From: Octopus sinensis
Lineage: Eukaryota
DNA: 64,000 bases
Assembly (NCBI RefSeq): GCF_006345805.1
Contig: NC_043019.1
Span: forward strand, 27,899,360-27,963,359
Direction: 5' to 3'
Below are positions 49,250 to 61,560 of this stretch, piece by piece. Below the pieces are notes generated by a model. The model did not search any database and was not told the DNA's origin. It saw only the letters and a program-made list of their open reading frames with translations. Position numbers and translations under genes: made by a program. Positions within the stretch are counted from its first letter, which is position 1. Each line of letters begins with the position of its first letter.

Positions 49250-49660
49250 CAAAATAAATATCAAATGGAAATTGTAGTTGTGATACCTGTACCGGTGGCA
49301 CGTAAAAAGCACCATTCGAACATGGCCGATGCCAGCGCCGCCTTCACTGGCTTCTGTGCTGGTGACACGTAAAAAGCACCAACCAATCGTGGCCACTGCC
49401 AGCCTCCCCTGGCACGTAAAAAGCACCAACCAATCATGGCCACTGCCAGCCTCCCCTGGTACTTCTGCCAGTGGCATGTAAAAAGCACCCACTACACTCA
49501 CGGTGTGATTGGTGTTAGGAAGGGCATCCAGCTGTAGAAACACTGCCAGATCAGACTGGAGCCTGGTGCAGCCTCCTGGCTTCCCAGACCCCGGTCGAAA
49601 CGTCCAACCCGTGCTAGCACGAAAAACAGACGTTAAACGATGATGATGATGATGATGATC
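49250..49660 (+). mobile_element. RTE-family LINE 3' UTR copy
   Basis: Family motif, variable subunit number, (GAT)n tail. Confidence 0.7.
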
Positions 49661-50211
49661 TACATTACCATGTACTATTGTCACGCCATTGGTGATGTGA
49701 TGTCGACATCCTTCCTGTCATATACACAAAGCAGAACACCTGACAGTACCCCACAAGGTACTGCTAGGATAACCACATTGGTCTATGGTTGCTCAACCTG
49801 CTATATACTCCCTGATATCACACCCCCAGGATACATTAACTCTCACATAATCTTAATTCAGTTGAAATACACTGCCCTCATTTTGGTTAATTGTTAAAAT
49901 AACAAAAGACTTAGTAAAATAACTTTGTCGTAATTAAGCTGGTATTTGGAACATAAATTAACATGAAATTTTAATCGAAGGTTTTAATTTAGATCATTTT
50001 CAACTGAAAGTTTGTGTCATAGAACCCAAGGCAATCTCAGGTGGGTGGGTATCAAAAGGATGGTCATAGCTGAAATGCCATTGATCATAGGGGTGTTTGT
50101 CAGGGTTGATCTAGGGCTAATCAACAACTTCAACCCGTAAGCATAAGATACATAGATGCACTTTGTTATAATCCACATATATAAAAGATGGATTAGGAAA
50201 TATGAACATAG

Positions 50212-50560
50212 GCGCTGGAGTGGCTGTGTGGTAAGTAGCTTGCTTACCAACCACATGTTTCCGGGTTCAGTCCCTTGGGCCAACCAAAGCCTTATGAGTG
50301 GATTTTGTAAATGGAAACTGGAAGAAGCCCGTCGTATATGTATATATATGTATGTTTGTGTGTCTGTGTTTGTCCCCCCAACATCGCTTGACAACCGATG
50401 CTAGTGTGTTTACATCCCCGTAACTTAGCGGTTCGGCAAAAAGAAACTGATATAATAAGTACTAGGCTTACAAAGAATAAGTCCTGGGGGTCAATTTGCT
50501 CGACTAAAGGCGATGCTCCAGCATGGCCGCAGTCAAATGACTGAAACAAGTAAAAGAGTA
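50212..50560 (+). mobile_element. SINE family A
   Basis: Low-divergence copy with a short internal deletion. Confidence 0.85.
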
Positions 50561-51679
50561 AGAGTAATTTCTAAATAAAAGATCAACTGGTGCACAGTTA
50601 TGTGAACATGGGTGCCGGCATAACTGTGTATTTAAGAATTACACTTCATTAACCTCATGGTTCTAGGTTCAATTCCACCAAATGGTAGTACATTAGGAAA
50701 GTGTCTTCTACCATAGCCACAAGTTAACCAATGCTTTGGTAGTGGAAGTGGGTCAACAGAAACTGTGTGGAAGCCTGCTGTGTGTGTGTATGTGCGTTTC
50801 TTTGTACACATGTAAAACTGGTGCACAAAAAAGAAAAGCAGTGCATCAGGTTGTATCCTGTTACATCACAAAGAACGTAACTTAGCCATTGAATTAATAG
50901 AGATCAATAAAATAAATACTGGAGTCGATACCCTCATCTAAAAAATCCTTAAAGGCCATGCTCCAGCATGGCTGCTCTCCAATGATTGAAACCTGTAAAA
51001 GAATATATGCATGTTGTTGTTGGTGGTGGTGTTGTGTTCTTTTAGTTTCAGATTATCTGAACTGACCCCTGATAAATAATATTCCACCTGGGAACAGTCC
51101 ACCCAGGAGATGCAGTTTAGCTAGAACCACATTCAGCAGTGTGCCGTTCTTTCTTTAAAGGTGTCAGACTGTCATCTGATGGTAATTTGGTTGCTACTTC
51201 CAACATATCAAGCATATCAGCTTCTTACTCTTTGTATCACGTGTATCTTGTTTTCAGGTATAGTGTATCTAGGAGTATTATTATCAAATTTGTTCTTTTT
51301 TTTAAACTGGTAAACTGTGGTTCATGGGAGATTTGGTTGCTATTTCTAGTAAGCTAAGATTTGTGTAAAGCTTCTCTCATTGGCACATATAAGCGAGTAT
51401 GTGTATGTATATATATACACACTTGCACATTGTGTATACCTTTATATATATGTATGTATATATATGTGAATGTACATATGTGTGGGTGTGCATATCTGAA
51501 ATTATATCTAAAGTTCTGTCTTCATCTTAGTAAGAATGCCAAAACAATCTCCATAGCTGAAATTCTCCCGAAATTCCATCAGATCTGTGTAGGGTGAGGT
51601 TTATGCCAATCGATTTGATCTCATCTTTTTTCATTATGAAACACAGCTTCTTTGATATAATGATAATAATAATAAGACT

Positions 51680-52820
51680 GATAATAATTTCAAATTTTGG
51701 CACAAGGCCAGCAAGTTCAGGGGAAGGGGATGAGTCGATTATATCGACCCCAGTGCTCAACTGGTACATATTTTATCGACCCTGAAAGGATGAAAGGCAA
51801 AATTGACCTCGGCGGAATTTGAACTGGGAACATAAAGGCAGACGAAATACTGCTAAGTGTCTTGCCTGGTGTGCTAACAATTCTACCAACTGGTCGCTTT
51901 AAAAATCATAATGATCCTTTCTATTAAAGGCACAAGGCCTGAAATTTCAGAGGGAAGGGATTAGTCGATTACATTGACCCCAGTGTTTCACTTGTACTTA
52001 TTTTATTGACCCCAAAAGGATGAAAGGCAATGCCAACCTCAGCAGAATTTGAACTCAGATGTAAAGACAGACGAAATGCCACTAAGTATTTTGCCCAGCG
52101 TGCTAATGGCTCTACCAGCTCACCACCTTCTTAGTAGTAGTAGTAGTAGTAGTCCTTTCTACTATAGGTGCAAGGCCTGAAATTTTGTGGGAGGAAGCTA
52201 ATCAATTACCTCAACTCCAGTGCTTGACTAGTAGTTATTTTATTGATCCCTGTTTGATGAAAGGCAAAGTTAGCCCCAGCAGGATTTGAACTCAGAATGT
52301 AAAGACAGATGAAATGCCACTAAGTATTTCGTTCAACATGTTAATAATCCTGCCAGCTCACTGTCTTGATGATGATGATAATCTTTTCTACTCTAAGCAC
52401 AAGGCCTGAAATTTTGGGGGAGGAGACCAGTTGGTTAGATCGGCCCCAGTACGCAACCGGTACTTAATTTATCAACCCCTAAGGGATGACAGGCAAAGTC
52501 GACAATAATAATAATCCTTTCTACTAACAGTACAATGCCTGAAATATTCAACTGAAAAATCCTTAAAGGCCATACTCCAGCATGGCTGCTCTCCAATGAT
52601 TGAAACCTGTAAAAGAATATATGCATGTTGTTGTTGTTGTTGGTGGTGTTTCTTAGTGGCATTTCGTCTGGTGGTAGAGGGGGCTACTCGATTCAATCGA
52701 CCCCTTATATAACTGGTACTTATTTCATTGACCCCAAAAGGATGAAAGGCAAAGATGAATGAAATGCCACTAAGCATTTTGCCTGGTGTGCTAATGATTC
52801 TGCCAGCTCACCACTTTGAT
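51680..52820 (-). mobile_element. Head-to-tail array of five to six SINE family B copies
   Basis: About 230-bp units separated by (TAA/TAG/TGA)n. Confidence 0.8.
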
Positions 52821-52846
52821 AATGATGATGAGGATGATAACGACAC

Positions 52847-53193
52847 TGGGATATGAAAATGTTATTAGATAAGCAAATGGCGTGTTCATGGCCAGATATT
52901 GTAGCACTCAATAAAGAGGAAAGAATGCTTAATAAATGTTGCTCGTCCATTTGATACAAGAGTTGTAGACAAAGGATTTGAGAAAATAGGAAAATACCAG
53001 GACCTATAAATACTGTCTTCAAAGAATCTAGAATTGGTGTAAAGTTATCATATTCCAATTGTAATGAGAACTTTTGGGAGTGGCAAGAAGTTTAAATGGT
53101 TTGTTATGGATATTGGATCTTAGGATAAACTTCCTGACTCTACAGAAGGCCTCTTGGCACAGTAAGAGCCACATGAAAGTGCAAGATATCTAG
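52847..53193 (+). mobile_element. R4/Dong-clade non-LTR element, restriction-like endonuclease remnant
   Basis: WDMKMLLDKQMACSWPDIVALNKEER..INVARPFDTRVVDKGFEKIGKYQDL fits the RLE PD..D..P.D...K..EKI.KY..L motif; adjacent to a (TGA)n run. Confidence 0.8.
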
Positions 53194-54231
53194 GATGGCA
53201 GGATGTGACTTGATGTCTACTAATACAATACCAGCCGGATAACAATGAAATTCTAAACCATTGCTTAACCCTCCAGCATTATCAGATTATTGAATCAAAT
53301 CATCATTGTTTAACGTCCGTTTTCCTTGCCAGGAGGCTGCACCAAACTCCAGTCTGATCTGTCAGTGTTTCTACAGCTGGATGCCCTTCCTAATGCCAAC
53401 CACTCTGTGAGTGTAGTTTATGCTTTTTACATTCCACTGGCACAGGGGCCAGAGGAGGCTGGCAACGGCTACAATCGTTTGGTGCTTTTTATGTGTCACC
53501 GGCATGGACGCCAGTGGCATCAGTCACGTGTGGATGGTGCTTTTTACATGCCACCAGCACTTTTACATGCCACACTGGTGGAACCCATGAATATTTCACG
53601 GAATTGACGGTAAACTTGTTAGAGTGACTCTGAAAACTTTATAGATTCAAATGAATACACTTGATTCATCAGTACAAGAAATTCTAAGACATCTAAGTGT
53701 CTTGCTCAAGAACACAACACACAGTCCGGTCCAGGAATCGAACTCACTACCTTGTGATTGTGAGCCCAATGCTCTAACCATTGAGCCATGTGCCCTTCAC
53801 ACACTTATAAATATGATGATTTATTACTGGACTAAATTCTCTTAAGATATTTAGATTTTTACATTCTGAGTTCAAATCCTACTGTGCCTGCCTGTACGTT
53901 TTACACCCCCCCCCCCCGGGTCCACCAGATGGATAAAACAGATACCAAGTGTGTTGGGGAGTGGGGAATAGGTCAGCAGGGAGAAGAAGTGCCTCTAGAT
54001 AGCCACTTGACATGCTGGAAATAGTAGCCAACTTGTCTTCAAACTGGGTCTTATTGTCTTTAAGAAAGGCTCTGTTGCCTAGTGGAGTTCAAAGTAAACT
54101 ATTTTCATGATGGCCACAGGTGGAATGTCTTTGACCATAGGTCTGCTGGCTCGAGCCTAACATGGGAATCAACATCAAGGGAATGAGGAGTGATTCAAAT
54201 TTCTGGTGCTGTGTTAATGTAAAATAAAAAG

Positions 54232-54525
54232 GTCGTCATCATCATCTTCATCATCATCTTCATCAATGTCGTCTTCACCATCATCATCGTCGTCGTTATC
54301 TTCATCATCATCATCTTAATTATTATCACCATCATCATCATCACCATCGGTGTCTTCATCACCACCACCCTCATCATCATCATTGTCTTCATCATCACCA
54401 TCATCGTCTTCATCATCATCATCATCATCATCACCATCATCATCTTCATTACCATCATTGTCTTCATCACCATCATCACCATCATCGTCTTCATCACCAC
54501 CATCATCATCATTGTTCTCATCATT
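54232..54525. repeat. (CAT/CAC/CGT)n trinucleotide tract
   Basis: Direct inspection. Confidence 0.92.
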
Positions 54526-55694
54526 ATTTTTTCCTTTCTTTCAATATTTTCCTGGTTTCAGTCCGCAATTTAGGAAATGGGAAATGTTTGAAAAATGGGG
54601 AAGGATCTTTTTTTCTTTTCTTTTCTTTTCTTTTTCTTTTTTGCATCTGTCCATTCTTTAACCACTCCACCCCTTCTTCGTTTCCCCCTCCCCCACCCAC
54701 CGCATGACATTTCACTGCATTTGTACATCTTCCTCTCTGTCATTGTGTTGCATCTATTTGCATTGTAGGTCAGCTAAACATCCACTGCTGGTGATTCTGA
54801 TCTCCGCTGGGACAAACAGATGCACATCTGCCATAAAAGTGTTTGTTGTTGTTGTTGCTGTTCGTGTTGTTGTTGTCGTCGTTGTTGTTGTCTCATGCAA
54901 ATTTCAATAGGAAACTGCTTTGGGATGTGAGAATTGTTTCATTTGTGCATGTGCGTGCCTCTGTGTGTGTGCGCATGTGTGTTTTATTGGTTGTTTCTTT
55001 ATAAGCGTATGTACATCTATACACCTCTTTGAGTATGTGTGGGTATGCATGAGTATGCATGTGTGTGTATCTCCTCTGTGTGTGGGGGGGGGTATGAATA
55101 CGTATCCCTCTCTGTATATCTGCTAGTGTGTGTGTGTATGTGTGTGAATGAGTATGTGTATATCTGTATTTGCTAATGCGTGTGTGTGTCGATAGACTTG
55201 GTTGATTCTTCGTACGTGTATGTACGTCTATGTACATTTTTGTATAACGTATAGGTATGTGTAGGTATGCATGTGTTTGTAGCTGCTAATGTGTGTATGT
55301 ATGTATAAACGTGTTGATCTCTGTTTACTATGACTCAGTATGTATGTGTATGTGTGTTGATATATATATATATTAGCTAATTGCAGCCCACCTGTGCAAG
55401 TATTTATATCAATATGTGTAAGTGGGCATGTATAAGTTTAGGTGTATTGTGATAGTTTGGACACGTACAAGGGTGTGGTGAAAAGAAAATACAGGAGGAT
55501 CAATTAATTATGGTTTTATTCAACGTGCTCCCCTCTCAGATTCACACAGTTATTGCAATGGCCCTTCAGTTTTTCTAAGCCCTGTAAAAGAATTTGGAAG
55601 TTTGGGCCTCCAACCAGGCCTTTCACAATACCCTTAAAGCTAAGAACTTTTCATCCACCCCCCTTGTATACATATATACAAACTTAGGTATATA

Positions 55695-55724
<30 letters not shown>

Positions 55725-55726
<2 letters not shown>

Positions 55727-55938
55727 CCGCGTCAGATGCCATGATAGATTGTTAGCCACTACACACATTTTTTTTTCCTTTTTGTTTCTCTCCTTGTTTT
55801 CTGTGTCCCTTTCTGTAGAAGAGCGTAGGCTCGAAACATAAAAGACTTTTTCTATTCCTGAGCATTATACTAATACATCTGTTTGTTTTGTACACCACCT
55901 GTCTTCGTTTCGTCTTTTGTTGCTTTTTCGTAAACTCT

Positions 55939-55942
<4 letters not shown>
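55725..55942 (+). mobile_element. Penelope-like terminal remnant in (TA)n; related copy at 33790-33995 (minus)
   Basis: About 200 bp shared between the two loci; carries the hammerhead-like motif. Confidence 0.5.
55809..55844 (+). ncRNA. Hammerhead-like motif with CUGUAGA (A6U) core
   Basis: cttt|ctgtaga|a|gagc-gtag-gctc|gaaa|ca|ta|aaag; same architecture as 25074 with G-C to C-G covariation in stem I. Confidence 0.5.
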
Positions 55943-55972
<30 letters not shown>

Positions 55973-55990
55973 GAAAAGTAAAAACTAAAC

Positions 55991-56265
55991 AGAAAATGCA
56001 CATTAGATATAAAAAAATAAAGGCTTTTTTAAGAAAAGCAAAGATATATGCATACAATTAGATGATTTGAGGTGGAATTATGAAGTATAAAAATCATTAT
56101 TAGGAATCTTTGAGATTTCAAAGTCATACCGGTATCTTCAAGGCTGATCACTGACTTTCAAAGTCAGTGATCAGCTCTGACGATTTTGGTATGACTAATT
56201 GTATGTATATATCTTTGCTTTTCTTAAAAAAGCCTTTATTTTTTTATATCTAATGTGCATTTTCT
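55991..56265. repeat. Nested inverted repeat (71-bp outer arms, 16-bp inner arms)
   Basis: 55991-56061 vs 56195-56265 match at 70/71; 56143-56158 vs 56160-56175 are perfect. Confidence 0.9.
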
Positions 56266-56702
56266 TTGTTGTGTCTGGGGAGAGACATTTTCTTTTTGTG
56301 CCTTATAATTTAACACACTCACCAGTGAAATTTCCACTCATTTCTTAATTTTCTTTTCCTAAAATTTTTGTTGCGTCTTGCAACCTTTTCAATCCAAAAA
56401 CGAAAATGCATTTTCTTTGTTTTATTTTTACTTTACCCCTATTTATACCACGTGTAGTCTTTTTTTCTTTGAAACCTATTTCTATTACACACACACACAC
56501 ACACACACGAGGGGGTACTGAAAAGTTCCTGGCTTTGGGTAAAAGAAAATACAGGAGGATCAGTTAATTATGATTTTATTCAATATATTCCCCTCTCAGA
56601 TACACACACTTATTGCAGCAGTCCTTCAGTGTTTTTCTAAGCCCTGTACAAGAACTCAGAAGTCTGAGCCTCCAACCAGACCTTTTTGCGATACCCTGAA
56701 AG

Positions 56703-56921
56703 CTGTGGTTTTCAACCAGGGTTCCGCGGAACCTTAGGGTTCCGCCAGTACAGTCCAGGGGTTCCGCAAGAAGTTACAAAACTGCTAAAATCGGCAGTAA
56801 TTTTTAATTCTCCTGTGCAGATATGTGTGCATAAGACTATTAAATTATTGCACAGAGGTTCCTCGAGCCAATGGAATGTTTCCTTGGGGTTCCGCTCCAG
56901 CAAAAAGTTTGAAAAGCTCTG
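56703..56921. mobile_element. hAT MITE inserted into a mariner-type MITE (host 56509-56954)
   Basis: Degenerate TIRs ctgtggttttcaacc / gtttgaaaagctctg; 8-bp TSD cctgaaag / ccttaaag; host sequence resumes after the TSD. Confidence 0.75.
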
Positions 56922-57199
56922 CCTTAAAGGGAGGAACTATTCAGCTCCCCCGCGTAGCAGATGTCACACTTGAAGAAGCTCGTAGTGGTGTGGATATGTG
57001 ATAGAGTAGAATGTGCCATTGTTTGTAAAGGCATGATGGTAGAGGATGGTTGAGAGGAGAGATAATCAATTATGGTTGTTACTAATGAGGGCAGGGGTAG
57101 GTCGCAGTAATGGAGAGCAGCTACTGGCACCAATGGTGGCATCGAACCCCGAGTCAATTGTGAACGAGCAGACTTATGATCAGCATCATATCCTTTGCT

Positions 57200-57560
57200 T
57201 GGGATTTGTGAATTTTTGAGCTGCCGTGGTGATCTCATTCTTGCTCACAACATCATCAGCGGAAAGTGTAACCTCTCGAAAGAGCTGTTCTTCACTCCTG
57301 CTCCAGAGCGTTGGCTTCAGGGTCACTCTGAAAAGCTCTATCTGCAACGATTTCATCTCAATCGAAGGAGAGGGGCTTTCTCCGTCCGGGTTGCAGATCC
57401 GTGGAATAAGCTGCCGGACAAGATAGTGAAGATGCCGACGACTGCTCGGTTCAAATGGTCTGAACTCTTTGCATGAACACCACCCTGTACATAACTCCAT
57501 GTCCCCCTACATGGCCTTGCTTTTTGCTTTTTGAGCCAAAAAATTAACTTAACTTAACTG
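57200..57560 (+). mobile_element. 5'-truncated CR1-type LINE 3' end (second subfamily)
   Basis: RGDLILAHNIISG...LQGHSEKLYLQRFHLNRRRGAFSVRVADPWNKLPDKIV...FK; (AACTT)n-like tail. Confidence 0.85.
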
Positions 57561-57581
57561 CACTAATCTAATGTGTGTTGT

Positions 57582-58158
57582 GAAGGCTTGTGGCTTAGTG
57601 GTCAGAGATATACAATTCCTGATCATGAGCTCATGTGTTCAATCCCCTGTGACATTTTGTGTCCTTGAGCAAGATGTTTTGTTTCACATTGCTCCTGTCC
57701 ACTCAGCTGGCAAAAATGACTTGTACATCATCATCATGATCATCATTTAACATCCGCTTTCCATGCTGGCATGGGTTGGATGGTTTAACTGGAACTGGTA
57801 AGCTGGAGAGCTGCAACAGGTTCCAGTCTAATCTTAGCTTGGTTTCTATGGCTGGATGCCCTTTCCTAACACCAACCACTCTGAGAATGCAATGGGTACT
57901 TTTTACGTGCCACCAACACAGGTGCCATTTACATGACACCAGTAACTACGATTTCACGGGGGCCATTTACATGACACTGCAATTCAAAAGGGCCAGCCTT
58001 GACACATTCCGTGTCATATTGAATCTCCCTGAGAACTTACATTAAGGGCATGCATGTCTGTAGAGTGCTCAGCCGCTTGCTTGTTAATTTCATGAGCAGG
58101 CTGATCCCTTGATTAGACCAACTGGAACCCCTCATTGTCTTAACCAACAGAGTGCTGG
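57582..58158 (+). mobile_element. SINE (head D, tail D) interrupted by an RTE-family 3' copy (57727-57950, minus)
   Basis: Colinear with 45714-45977 on both sides of the insertion. Confidence 0.7.
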
Positions 58159-60739
58159 TGTACGTCTCTTTTCGATACCGAGAGATGTGATTCAGGCACT
58201 GGTTGAAGGGTATGATAGTAGGAACCACGTGAGTTTAGTAAACACTAGCACAGAAGCCAACCTTCACTCATCACCACCACCCACAAGCTGGGTTTTGGCA
58301 TTGAGAAGCTCTTATATGTAGTTTATAGTATCAATTACACTGGGTGAAGAGCTCAGGTACCCAGGTGTTGGGTGTTGTAGTTGTTGTTGTTGTTGTTACC
58401 AATCTTTCATTCACCTGTGCTGCTGCAAAGAAGGGTGGATATGAGGGTTGTAGTAGTAGTAGTAGTAATAGTAGTAGTAGCAGCAGCAGTAGTAGTAGCA
58501 GCAGTAGCTGTAGTAGTAGCAGTAGTAGTAGTAGGGGATGTGGTCATTACTGTTACAGCAACAAAAGATCATGATGCTGATGTTGTCGTTTAGCCCTAGG
58601 CCTACTCTGACTGAGCTGTTACCATTCCTGTCTGGTCTCACTTCAACCTGTGTGCATCCAGGACCACAATTATCCAGTTGTGTCCTTCCCGCCACAGAAG
58701 AATTTAGTGCAATGTAAAGAAGATTTAGCTGTTACTTCTAGCTGATACATTCATCACATAGAGGCTCCCTCATTGATCTGTGCTACTGTTGTTATTGTTG
58801 GTCGTGGTCATCGTGTAGATTATGATAGTAATGAATGATGATGATGATAGTTGTGATGATGAGGGTGGTAATGCTGATGATGATGATGCTGTTTTGAGTC
58901 TGGCAGGATGGTGAGGCGTACCTATCTATCTTAGAAATACCAAATTCTATCTGAAGTGTGTGTGTGCATGTGTGCATATCTGTATATGCATATATGTATC
59001 TATAGTATGGGTGTGAATATTTGTATATATGTGAGTGTGTGTGTGCATGTCTGTATATGCATGTATGTATCTTTAGTATGGGTGTGAATATTTGTATATA
59101 TATGAGTGTGTGTGTGCGACTGTTCTTGAATTCTTCCTAGCAGGTAAACCTCTACAAGATCTCATGGCACCACAAGAACTTGAACAGCCCCCCTCTAGTA
59201 ATATCACCATCACCATAACCATTGCCACTACTCCTACCTACCACCACCACCATCACCATCACTAGATATAATCCAACATTGTTGTAAGAAGGAGCTGGTG
59301 AGGAAGTCTCGTCCCGATTGCTCAACCCACTAGACATAGCAAACCATTCTCCCTCATTGCTTTCTGAACTTTGATGAGAAGTCAACCAGGATTGACCCGG
59401 GGCTAAACGGCAATCACTTCATCTTGAGAGAAATAGAAATATTCTGCGTGACGGGGTTAGACATGGGAGGTGGGATCATCTCTTGTGACCCAATCCTTTA
59501 TAGGGGGTTGGTGGCATGCGGTGGGGTGGGGGAGCTAGTTATCCTCCCACAACACATCTCTCCTGAATTCTTGCAACAAGGTGTGTTTAACTGGTCAACA
59601 CATCAAGTCTGTTGCATGTGTGTGTGAGTATATGCATGTGTGAGAGTGTGTGTATGTGTGCAAGGGTCTTTGTATATATGTATGAGTGTGTGTGTGTGCA
59701 TGCACGTGTGGAAGGGAAGAGAGGTAATTATTTTTTCTGTTCTGTTCCTCCACCCTTAGCTTTGTGTGTGTGTGTGTATATGTATGCATATGTACATATA
59801 TGTATATGTGTGTGTGTATATATGTATGCGTATGTGCATATATGTATATGTGTGTGTGTATATATGTATGCGTATGTGCATATATGTATATGTGTGTGTG
59901 CATGTGCGTGTATGTATGTGCTTGTATGTATGTTTGTGTGTATGTATGTGTGTGTGTGTGTGCATATATATGTGTGTGTGTGTGTATGTGTACTTGTATG
60001 TATGTATGTATGTTTGTATATGTGTGTGTGTGTGAAATCACTCACTAAGCAACACACCACCACTGCCACCACCACTTTCACCATCATCTTTGGCCTAACT
60101 CCCATTTACATATCTCCACATCTTAACCACACACACACAAACACACACCATGAACCCGTCCATCCAAATCGATGTTTCGTGTTGGACGCTTATGTTCCCC
60201 CGGTGGGTAGTAGTGGAGGTCGTTGGAGTGGTTTGTTGTAAAAGTTGTTATACCAGTGTTGTTTTTGTTGGAAACAACATTATTGTTTTGGGGTGGGGGG
60301 GGGCAAGGTTGGAGTAGAATATAATTATTAAAGTATCAGTGATAGTGGTAGTGGTGGTGGTGGTGGTGGTGGTGTTTGGCCCCATATCAACGTTGGTCAA
60401 ATTTACAATCAATGGCAATCCAGCCATGACTATCCCATTGTAGTTGTGACTACAGTAGACTACATTAATCCCTATACACTGTCCTTTACCAAGATAATGC
60501 CTTTTACCCTCTACTTGTTTCAGTCATTGGACTGTGGCCATGCTGGAGCACTGTTTTGAAAGGTTTTTAGTCGGACATATCAAACCCTCCCCCTACACAC
60601 ACACACACACACACCTATTAGTTTTTAAGCCTACTACTTATTCTATCAGTTTATTTTTCCAACTTAGTTACAAGGATGTAAACAAACCAACACTGGTTAT
60701 CAAGTTGTCAAGAAAGACAAACACACACATATATATCAT

Positions 60740-61560
60740 CATCATCGCCGTTTAACATCCGCCTTCCATGCTGGCATGGGTTTGACTGAGGGCTGGCAGG
60801 CCAGAAGGCTGTACCAGGCTCCAGTCTGATCTGGCAAAGTTTCTACAGCTAGATGCCCTTCCTAACGTCAACCACTCCAAGGGTGTAGTGGGTGCTTTTT
60901 TACGTGCCACCGACACAAGGGCCAGTTTGGTGGTATTGGCATCGACCACGCTTGAATGGTGCTTTTTACATGCCACCGGCATGGGACCAGTCAGGTAGCA
61001 CTGGCATTGGCCACGACAATGACTTCACTGACTGAGACCGAGACCTCTGGAGATATGCTGTGACTGAGAAGACCTGGTAAATAAGGTGAGTTCACAGCTG
61101 TAACCCACACCAGTGTCGCATAACCAGCCCACGCAAAAGTTCCTTGGATCGTAGGGCAACATGCCGTACTTAAGGAGACCTATTGAATCAAGTACATCAA
61201 AATCAAATCAAATCACGTTCAAATGGAAATTGTAGTCGTGATCCCCGTGCCAGTGCAACATAAAAAGCACCACCCGAATGTGGCCGATACCAGTGCTGCA
61301 TTAATTGGCTTCCATGCCATTGGCACATAAAAAGCACCATCTGATCGTGGTTGATGCCAGCCCCCTCTGGCCCCTATGCCAGCGGCATGTAAAAGAGTAC
61401 CTACTACACTCTCAGAGTGGTTGGCATTAGGAAGGGCATCCAGCTGTAGAAACACTGCCAGATTGGACTGGAGCCTGGTGCAGCCTCCTGGCTTCCCAGA
61501 CCCCATTTGACCCGTCTAACCCATGCCTGCATGAAAAACGGGCATTGAATGATGATGATG
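60740..61560. mobile_element. Two divergent RTE-family 3' copies (60740-61010 minus; 61020-61560 plus)
   Basis: Plus copy begins with DRDLWRYAVTEKT-like ORF end; both carry the family motif and (GAT)n tails. Confidence 0.7.

Noticed and set aside
54790-54845. Phase-compatible candidate WASHC2 exon after ttgtag (SAKHPLLVILISAG...)
   Set aside because: No credible donor, and the composition is unlike the acidic FAM21 tail.
59175-59195. CTCF-like motif (cagccccctctagt), also near 5755
   Set aside because: Partial matches at chance frequency; cannot be supported from sequence alone.
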